Positions 56,311 to 62,822 of a stretch of 64,000 nucleotides of DNA are shown in pieces. The DNA comes from a bacterium. Lineage in GTDB: Bacteria; Patescibacteriota; Saccharimonadia; Saccharimonadales; Saccharimonadaceae. The notes below the pieces were generated by a model that was given only the letters and a program-made list of their open reading frames with translations, made no database searches and was not told where the DNA came from. The number at the start of each line of letters is the position of its first letter. Positions within the stretch are counted from its first letter, which is position 1. The DNA lies in the NCBI GenBank assembly GCA_043724245.1, contig JAYSMZ010000018.1, forward strand, positions 626 through 64,625, given 5' to 3'. The position numbers and the translations under genes are program-made.

Positions 56311-56386
56311 CTTAACTTCGCTTCCCATTATAAAATCAAAAATAATTTTTCGAGGCTATGTGAAGCACATGGGTTATAATAAAACA

Positions 56387-57430
56387 ATGATTACAGTTAT
56401 TATTGCCGGTGGGTCCGGGACCCGCCTATGGCCACTATCAACCCCTAAATACCCAAAACATTTATTAAAATTAACAGGCAAACGCACGTTGTTGCAGACG
56501 GCATATGACCGAGCATCAAAAATTAGCGAAACAATATATGTCGTTACCGAAGCTGGTCATTCGGATTTGGTCCGCGCTCAACTGCCAGAATTACCTGAAA
56601 GTGCATTTTTAATCGAACCTGGTCGACGCGGTACTGCCCATTGCATATTGTTTGCGTTGGATGTTATCGGAAGATATCACGACCATGACGAGCCGATTGC
56701 TTTTATTCATTCTGACCATCATATCCGCGATGTCGGCGGATTTACACGTTCGTTTTCGACAGCAGCAAAGGTATCAAGCGCTGAAAATCAGGTTACTTTA
56801 ATTGGCATCGAGCCAACCTTTCCATCAACCGGATTCGGGTATATTGAACGCAACGGTGTCATAAACGCCGGCAACGGGGTTTTTAATGTCAAATCTTTCA
56901 AGGAAAAACCAGACTTTGAAAAAGCAAAGCGGTATATGGAATCAGGCAATTATTTGTGGAACTGCGGATATTTTGTTGGTTCAGTCAATACTTTTCTGGA
57001 TGAGATGAAACTATCTGCTCCGGACTTACAGAAACATTTTGAAAAGCTTGAATCAATCGCAAAAATTGGGAGTAAGGAATATAACGATGTATATCTGGCG
57101 TTTGACAGCCAAGTTATTGATATTGCACTGATTGAAAAAGCCAAAAGCCTAGCCGTTGTTGCTGCCAGCTTTGACTGGATGGATATCGGGTCATTCAAGG
57201 ATTTACACGATGTCGTACCTCAGGACGAAAAAGGTAATTACTTTTATGGCGAAAACATTCACGCCATCGATGTCGAAAACGTATTTGTCAGAAACGAAGA
57301 GAGCGAAAAACCGATCGCTGTTATTGGCCTGGACAATGTTGTTGTCGTAAATACGCCAGACGGCATATTAATATCTAGGAAGGATGTCAGTCATCGGACG
57401 GGGGAAGTGGCTAAAAAATTACATCAGTAA
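56387..57430 (+). CDS. manC: Mannose-1-phosphate guanylyltransferase (no fused PMI cupin)
   Basis: MITVIIAGGSGTRLWPLSTPKYPKHLL is the canonical NTP-transferase N-terminus. The track start is 56360. ATG 56387 gives the canonical N-terminus and sits 6 nt after TATAAT (56375-56380). Confidence 0.85.
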   Translation: MITVIIAGGSGTRLWPLSTPKYPKHLLKLTGKRTLLQTAYDRASKISETIYVVTEAGHSDLVRAQLPELPESAFLIEPGRRGTAHCILFALDVIGRYHDHDEPIAFIHSDHHIRDVGGFTRSFSTAAKVSSAENQVTLIGIEPTFPSTGFGYIERNGVINAGNGVFNVKSFKEKPDFEKAKRYMESGNYLWNCGYFVGSVNTFLDEMKLSAPDLQKHFEKLESIAKIGSKEYNDVYLAFDSQVIDIALIEKAKSLAVVAASFDWMDIGSFKDLHDVVPQDEKGNYFYGENIHAIDVENVFVRNEESEKPIAVIGLDNVVVVNTPDGILISRKDVSHRTGEVAKKLHQ

Positions 57431-57431
57431 T

Positions 57432-57447
57432 TTCGCCGTACGGCGAA
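57432..57447. terminator. Perfect 16-nt palindrome immediately after manC stop (possible terminator hairpin)
   Basis: TTCGCC-GTAC-GGCGAA. It has no T-run, so it is weak as an intrinsic terminator. Confidence 0.35.
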
Positions 57448-57479
57448 TAGAATATAGCTGTTAGCTATTGGAATATGGC
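57448..57479. repeat. GGCTATTGG-family intergenic element, locus C
   Basis: tagaatatagctgttagctattggaatatggc shares the GAATATAGCT and GCTATTGGAATATGG words with loci A, B and D. Confidence 0.7.
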
Positions 57480-57592
57480 ATTGAGCGGAATGAACCCATG
57501 GGAGTGTATTTTAGAGTATATTAAAACTAGCTTAAAAAAAGGTTAATGACTTACTAATTCGTGGTATAATCATATTAGAGTAGTGAGGGAAT

Positions 57593-58438
57593 ATGACAAA
57601 TCAATCAATCACAATCTTTGGTGATTCACAAATACGCCGTCATTGGGATGCAGATAATGAGTTTTGGTATTTTTCCGTTGTTGACGTTATTTCGGTTCTA
57701 ACGAATAGTAATAATCCTCAGGTATACTGGCGTGTTCTGAAAAAACGACTAATTGACGAAGGCTCAAATGAAACCGTTACAAAATGTAACGGTTTGAAGA
57801 TGCTGGCTGAAGACGGTAAAATGCGCATAACCGATGTCGCCGATACCGAAACTATGCTTCGTCTAATTCAATCAATTCCTTCGCCAAATGCTGAACCATT
57901 CAAATTATGGCTGGCTCGTGTCGGATACGAACGATTGGAAGAAACGGCAGATCCCGAATTGGCGATAAGTCGCGCACTTAAAACATACCTACAAAAGGGC
58001 TATAGTAGAGAATGGATAAACCAACGACTTAAAAGTATCGAAATCCGCAAAGATCTGACTGACGAATGGGATAATCGAGGTGTCAAAGAGGGTCTGGAAT
58101 ATGCTATTTTAACAAATGAGATTACCAAAGCGTGGGCGGGGCTTACGACAAAAGAGTACAAGCAACTAAAGGGATTAAAAAAAGAAAATCTGCGTGATAA
58201 TATGACTAATCTGGAATTAGTCTTGAATATGCTGGCCGAAACGGCAACGACAGAAATATCTAAAAAAGAAAAACCTGATAATATGCCTGCAAACAAAAAT
58301 GTGGCGAAACGCGGCGGATCAGTCGCCGGCAAAGCCCGCACAGAAACTGAGAAAGAATTAGGAAGAAGTGTAATATCAGACAAAAATTATTTACAATCGA
58401 AACGACCATTAAAAAAATTTGATAAATCAAATCTTTGA
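57593..58438 (+). CDS. BRO-N domain protein (DinD/antirepressor-like)
   Basis: 281 aa. The N-terminus FGDSQIRRHWDADNEFWYFSVVDVISVLTNSNNP...YWRVLKKRL matches the Bro-N pattern. GAGGGA RBS. An upstream TATAAT lies at 57565-57570. Confidence 0.6.
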   Translation: MTNQSITIFGDSQIRRHWDADNEFWYFSVVDVISVLTNSNNPQVYWRVLKKRLIDEGSNETVTKCNGLKMLAEDGKMRITDVADTETMLRLIQSIPSPNAEPFKLWLARVGYERLEETADPELAISRALKTYLQKGYSREWINQRLKSIEIRKDLTDEWDNRGVKEGLEYAILTNEITKAWAGLTTKEYKQLKGLKKENLRDNMTNLELVLNMLAETATTEISKKEKPDNMPANKNVAKRGGSVAGKARTETEKELGRSVISDKNYLQSKRPLKKFDKSNL

Positions 58439-58489
58439 TTGATAATATTACAGGGTAATAGGAAATACGGAAAAACATAAACGAAATGA

Positions 58490-58518
58490 TTGAAATTAGT
58501 AAGGTTTTATAGTATAAT
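58490..58518 (+). promoter_or_regulatory. Near-consensus sigma70-type promoter for the vbhA/fic module
   Basis: TTGAAA (58490-58495), 17 nt, TATAAT (58513-58518). The first ATG (58522) is too close to be transcribed, which favours ATG 58528 on a leaderless mRNA. Confidence 0.5.
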
Positions 58519-58527
58519 AGTATGAGC

Positions 58528-58731
58528 ATGAAAAAACAAAACACCGCAAACAACGGTCGCGAGCAGGCCACTAGGGCAGCTATAGGATCTATCCGCTGCG
58601 AAGGGCTGCGACCGAGTGCCAGCACCAGTAAACATTTGCGAAATTATTCATCAGGTAAGATATCGGCCAGCCAGTTGCACGAAAGTGTAATGGGCGAAGT
58701 CGAGTCTATTTTAGCGCGTTCCAACAGGTAG
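58528..58731 (+). CDS. VbhA-like antitoxin of Fic toxin
   Basis: About 67 aa. It contains SIRCEG, matching the inhibitory (S/T)xxxE(G/N) motif of class I Fic antitoxins. It lies immediately upstream of the fic gene. The track start is 58522. Confidence 0.6.
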   Translation: MKKQNTANNGREQATRAAIGSIRCEGLRPSASTSKHLRNYSSGKISASQLHESVMGEVESILARSNR

Positions 58732-58737
58732 CAGATT

Positions 58738-59340
58738 ATGGCTTACCAGCTAGAAAAAGACCCGTATATCGATTCAGTAACGGGGATATTAAGGAATCTA
58801 TTCGGGGCCAAAGATTTAAAAACTTTAGAACAAATCGAAGCTGAAATAACGGTTGCAGTCATTGCAACATTAAACGATCACCCAATACCAGGTAGTTTTG
58901 ATCTGGAACATCTGCAAGCCATTCATAAACGTCTGTTTGCCAGTATTTATGATTGGGCCGGAAAACTACGTACTGTTGAAATGGCCAAAGACAATACACG
59001 ATTTGCACCAATTGAGTATTTGGTGCAGGCGGCCGAAAATTTATTTGATGAACTAAAGTCGGAAAAATATTTAGATAACTTGGACGATAAAAAATATATA
59101 GCCAGATTTGCTCATTATTATTCCGAAGTTAATATATTACACCCGTTTCGCGAAGGTAATGGACGAGCTGAACGCGTGTTTTTTTCACTGTTAGCTGGGC
59201 GCAGTGGACGTCATGTTGCATGGGACGAGTTGGACCCCGGCCAGGCGATCCAGGCTTCAATAAAAGCGTATAATGGTGACGAGGGACAATTGATTAAACT
59301 TCTGTCCCCTCTTTTTTCAAAAGTTAATAGTCGAGGATAA
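58738..59340 (+). CDS. fic: Fic-domain protein (AMPylase-type toxin)
   Basis: 200 aa. The Fic motif HPFREGNGRAER is intact, matching HxFx(D/E)GNGRxxR. Confidence 0.85.
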   Translation: MAYQLEKDPYIDSVTGILRNLFGAKDLKTLEQIEAEITVAVIATLNDHPIPGSFDLEHLQAIHKRLFASIYDWAGKLRTVEMAKDNTRFAPIEYLVQAAENLFDELKSEKYLDNLDDKKYIARFAHYYSEVNILHPFREGNGRAERVFFSLLAGRSGRHVAWDELDPGQAIQASIKAYNGDEGQLIKLLSPLFSKVNSRG

Positions 59341-59342
59341 TT

Positions 59343-61178
59343 ATGTGCGGAATAGTCGGATACGTTGGTGAAAAATCAGCAAAGAACTATTTAATCAGCG
59401 GACTGCATCGTTTGGAATACCGCGGTTATGATTCCGCTGGGATTGTTACAATTAGCGCGGATAACAAGGCAACCATGATACGAGCAAAGGGAAAGGTTGC
59501 AAAATTAGAAGAACTGACAAATTCAATTCGCCGTACGGCGAAATTTTCGACCGATAAAATTGGGATTGGTCATACGCGGTGGGCGACACACGGCGAACCA
59601 TCTGAAAGAAATGCTCATCCGCACAAAGCCGGCGATATTTATTTGGTTCATAATGGCATTATCGAAAATTACAAAGAATTAAAAGCCACGTTAATAAAAC
59701 ATAAATTTATTACAGATACTGATACCGAAGTTTTAGCGGCACTGATTAATTCGCTTTACGACCAAAATACTACTTTGGCGGATGCTGTGAACCAAGCACT
59801 AAAACTGGTTGTTGGTACATACGGTATTGCAGTTATATCGGTTCGTAATCCGGAAGAAATCGTCGTTGCACGATCGGGTAGCCCGCTAATTATCGGTGTT
59901 GGCGACAATGTAACATATATAGCCAGTGACGCATCTGCCTTAATCGGGTTTACCGATAAGGCTATTTATTTAAATGACGGCGAAATGGCGATCTGCAGTG
60001 GGGGCGGTGTAGAATTACGCGACATGTCAGCACAACCGATTTCATGTAAAGTCGAAACCATTGAAACGGACATGCAAGCAATCCAAAAACAAGGCTACGA
60101 CCACTTTTTGCTAAAAGAAATTTGCGAGCAGCCATCGACTCTGCAATCGACCCTAAGCGGACGAATTAATGTAAAAGATAAAGTCGCGAATTTGGGTGGA
60201 TTAAACCTAAGTCCCGACGAGCTGCGAAAAATCGAGCACATTGTTATTATCGGTTGCGGAACGGCCTATTACGCCGGACTGCTGGGGTTATATTATTTGG
60301 AACAATTAGTCGATGGGCTGACAATTGACGTGGTCGCGGCATCAGAATTTCGTTACAGGTCATTCCATTTGCCCAAAAATACAGTTGCGCTAGTTATCTC
60401 ACAGTCTGGCGAGACGGCTGATACATTGGCTTGCCTGCGCGAAATAAAACGGCGGGGTATTAAAACGTTGGGAATCGTTAATGCTGTCGGATCAACTATT
60501 GCCCGCGAAGTTGACGGCGGCGTTTACGTACATGCCGGTCCGGAAATATCTGTGGCGTCGACCAAGGCGTTTACATCACAAATCGCGACAATTATTATGT
60601 TTGGCATTCAGTTGGCCCAAGCCAAAGGCGCTGATAAAAAAGAAGTCTCAAAGTATATCCAGGAACTTTCAAAACTGCCTGATGAAATTGAAAAAATTGT
60701 AAGTAAAGACAAAGATAAAATTGCTAGTATTGCAAAGCGCTATGCAATGTACGAACATGCGCTATATTTCGGACGTGATACTCTTTATCCGGTTGCAATG
60801 GAGGGTGCGCTTAAACTTAAAGAAATCTCGTACATTCAAGCCGAAGGATATGCATCGGGTGAGTTAAAACACGGACCGATTGCATTAATAGACGATTCGT
60901 TTTTTGAAGTAGCACTGCTAATTGATAATTGGCTGTTTGATAAAAGCCTTAGTACGTTAGAAGAGGTAAATGCCAGGGGCGGACATATTTTTGTTATAAC
61001 AAACAGCAAAAAATCGATAAAGTCCGAAGAAATTATTCGAGTTAATACTCAACTGGATATTCTGGCACCAATCTTAATAAATGTTGTACAACAATTATTT
61101 GCATATTATATAGCTGTGGCACGCGGCAACGATGTTGATCAACCGCGCAATTTGGCTAAGAGCGTCACTGTTGAGTGA
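59343..61178 (+). CDS. glmS: Glutamine--fructose-6-phosphate aminotransferase
   Basis: 611 aa. N-terminal MCGIVGY with the catalytic Cys2, HTRWATHG, two SIS domains, and C-terminal LAKSVTVE. Confidence 0.95.
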   Translation: MCGIVGYVGEKSAKNYLISGLHRLEYRGYDSAGIVTISADNKATMIRAKGKVAKLEELTNSIRRTAKFSTDKIGIGHTRWATHGEPSERNAHPHKAGDIYLVHNGIIENYKELKATLIKHKFITDTDTEVLAALINSLYDQNTTLADAVNQALKLVVGTYGIAVISVRNPEEIVVARSGSPLIIGVGDNVTYIASDASALIGFTDKAIYLNDGEMAICSGGGVELRDMSAQPISCKVETIETDMQAIQKQGYDHFLLKEICEQPSTLQSTLSGRINVKDKVANLGGLNLSPDELRKIEHIVIIGCGTAYYAGLLGLYYLEQLVDGLTIDVVAASEFRYRSFHLPKNTVALVISQSGETADTLACLREIKRRGIKTLGIVNAVGSTIAREVDGGVYVHAGPEISVASTKAFTSQIATIIMFGIQLAQAKGADKKEVSKYIQELSKLPDEIEKIVSKDKDKIASIAKRYAMYEHALYFGRDTLYPVAMEGALKLKEISYIQAEGYASGELKHGPIALIDDSFFEVALLIDNWLFDKSLSTLEEVNARGGHIFVITNSKKSIKSEEIIRVNTQLDILAPILINVVQQLFAYYIAVARGNDVDQPRNLAKSVTVE

Positions 61179-61180
61179 CG

Positions 61181-61265
61181 CTTGGCTATTAGAATATAGA
61201 ATCTGGAATATAGAGATTGGAATATGGAAGGTGGCTTGTGGCTATTGGCCAAATTCTAATAGCAA
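61181..61265. repeat. GGCTATTGG-family palindromic intergenic element, locus D
   Basis: cttGGCTATTAGAATatagaatctGGAATATagagattGGAATATGGAAGGTGGCTtgtGGCTATTGGccaaATTCTAATAGC. An 11-bp inverted repeat GCTATTAGAAT/ATTCTAATAGC lies at the ends. The element fills the glmS/GT4 convergent spacer. Confidence 0.8.
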
Positions 61266-61281
61266 AATGCCAAACGCCAGA

Positions 61282-62436
61282 CTAAGAGTTGTCTTTGACA
61301 ATCTTGGTTATCTTGGTGATGAATAAACTTTTATCGAAGCGTTTGGCTTTGCGACGGAGTGTGCCTGGTAAAAATTCAATTTGCTGAGCGCGCCGAATGG
61401 CATCAACGACAGATTCAACTGATTGTTTATCGAAAAGTACGCCACTTTCGCCGTCCTCAACAATATCAAGTGCTCCGCCTTTGCTGTATGCAATTACCGG
61501 TGCACCGGCTGCCAATGCTTCAACCTGAACAATGCCAAAATCTTCTTCGGCTGGGAAAATGTAGCCACGGGCACTATTTAACGCATTCGTTACGGCGTCA
61601 TCGGACGCATCACCAAATCGGTCAGTGTAAAATTTAACTGTCGGTCCAGCCATATCGACGAGCCGCTGATGCTCGCTACCATTACCGTAAACATACAGCG
61701 GAACTGATAGTTTCGTGGCGGCCGCTACTGCTAAATCAATTCGTTTATATGGAACTTGGCGACCCAGTGCAACATAATGGTCACCACGAGTCCTGTCGGG
61801 TTCAAATCTGTCGACATCAACCGGCGGGTGAATGACTGTAGAAAATTTGTTGTAATACTTTTTTATCCTTTTTTGAGTTTCGGTGCTGTTTGCTATAAAA
61901 ACATCGATTTTTTGGGCTGCCTTGTAATCAGCTTTTTTTAATCGTGGGACCATCAATGGCATTGCTAAACGGACGACCCAGTTTAATCGGCCAAAGCCAG
62001 GATCACGACGGTATTCATCGTAATGACTCCAGTAATACCGGATTGGCGTGTGACAGTAACAGATGTGAGTTTGGTCTTCGCGTGTCTTTTGAACTTGTTT
62101 TGATTCGGCGCTGGCACTGCTGAGGATAATATCAAACCGCGACAAATCTAGTTTATTAAATGCGTTGACGCGAAGCATTGGAAAAAATTTGTGAAGTTTG
62201 CGCAGTGGCCCGGGTAGTTTTTGCAAATAAGTTGTTCGAACATCCAATTTTTTAAAAGCTGGCATTTTTTCAGGCGTATAGGTTGATGTGTAAATTGGTG
62301 CATCCGGAAAGGCATCATGCATAGCCAAAACGACATTTTCGGCGCCGCCCATATTAGTCAACCAATCGTGCACAATCACCACGCGTGGTGATTGTTTGGC
62401 TATTGGAATTTGGCTATTGGAATTTGGCGTGCTCAT
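61282..62436 (-). CDS. Glycosyltransferase family 4
   Basis: 384 aa. Motifs VVIVHDWLTNMGGAENVV and FPAEEDFGIVQVEALAAGAPVIAYSKGGALDIV. The first ~14 codons are encoded by repeat locus E. Confidence 0.8.
   Translation of the reverse strand: MSTPNSNSQIPIAKQSPRVVIVHDWLTNMGGAENVVLAMHDAFPDAPIYTSTYTPEKMPAFKKLDVRTTYLQKLPGPLRKLHKFFPMLRVNAFNKLDLSRFDIILSSASAESKQVQKTREDQTHICYCHTPIRYYWSHYDEYRRDPGFGRLNWVVRLAMPLMVPRLKKADYKAAQKIDVFIANSTETQKRIKKYYNKFSTVIHPPVDVDRFEPDRTRGDHYVALGRQVPYKRIDLAVAAATKLSVPLYVYGNGSEHQRLVDMAGPTVKFYTDRFGDASDDAVTNALNSARGYIFPAEEDFGIVQVEALAAGAPVIAYSKGGALDIVEDGESGVLFDKQSVESVVDAIRRAQQIEFLPGTLRRKAKRFDKSLFITKITKIVKDNS
62395..62427. repeat. GGCTATTGG-family element, locus E: 14-bp tandem (2 full units + partial)
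   Basis: tttggctattggaa (62395-62408), tttggctattggaa (62409-62422), tttgg. Confidence 0.85.
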
Positions 62437-62798
62437 TTAGATAATCCTGACTTGAAGGCATTTATTAGTTTTTGACAACTAATGCTATGAGTTATTAGTA
62501 AATCTAAATCTGATTTTTGTAAATACCCAAGCTTTTCTGATAAATACAGAAAGTTTTTGACCTCGAGTAGCGATCCGTACACCATTGTATAAAAGCGGAG
62601 CTTATCCTTTATTGATGAGCGACCGAACCCTTCGGCTATGTTTGCAGATATCGAACTTGCTGCCCGTCGTAATTGGCTTGTTACTGCAAATATTTCTTCT
62701 TTGGGGAAATGTTTTGTTATTTTGTATACTCCGACAGCAAACAGTTGGCTTTCTTGCCAAACCGTTAAGTCTTCAAATGAAGTTATGTTATTTGCCAT
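62433..62798 (-). CDS. Four-helix-bundle protein (23S rRNA intervening-sequence protein family)
   Basis: 121 aa. FEDLTVWQESQLFAVGVYKITKHFPKEEIFAVTSQLRRAASSISANIAEGFGR is the hallmark of the TIGR02436/PF05635 family. ATGA overlap with the downstream GT4. Confidence 0.8.
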   Translation of the reverse strand: MANNITSFEDLTVWQESQLFAVGVYKITKHFPKEEIFAVTSQLRRAASSISANIAEGFGRSSIKDKLRFYTMVYGSLLEVKNFLYLSEKLGYLQKSDLDLLITHSISCQKLINAFKSGLSK

Positions 62799-62822
62799 AT
62801 TCTAATAGCCACCTTCCAATTG
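62796..62822. repeat. GGCTATTGG-family element, locus F
   Basis: catATTCTAATAGCCACCTTCCAATtgc. Its reverse complement GGAAGGTGGCTATTAGAAT matches words in locus D. It spans the spacer and the start codon of the four-helix-bundle gene. Confidence 0.75.

Noticed and set aside
58447-58462. ACAGGGTAAT resembles half of the I-SceI homing-endonuclease site.
   Set aside because: Only a 10-nt partial match, with no intron or homing endonuclease context. It is chance similarity.
59300-59345. glmS ribozyme or riboswitch leader upstream of glmS.
   Set aside because: Only 2 nt separate the fic stop from the glmS ATG, so there is no space for the ~170-nt ribozyme.
57432-59542. An identical 16-nt perfect palindrome TTCGCCGTACGGCGAA occurs after manC (57432-57447) and inside glmS (59527-59542).
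   Set aside because: A rough expectation for a chance 16-mer repeat in 64 kb on both strands is of order one. The glmS copy sits in an ordinarily conserved coding segment with no insertion relative to other GlmS proteins as I recall them. I treat it as coincidence unless a genome-wide count shows enrichment.
62395-62427. Tandem 14-bp repeat considered as a possible mini-CRISPR or VNTR.
   Set aside because: There are only two units, no spacers and no cas genes. It belongs to the dispersed GGCTATTGG word family instead.
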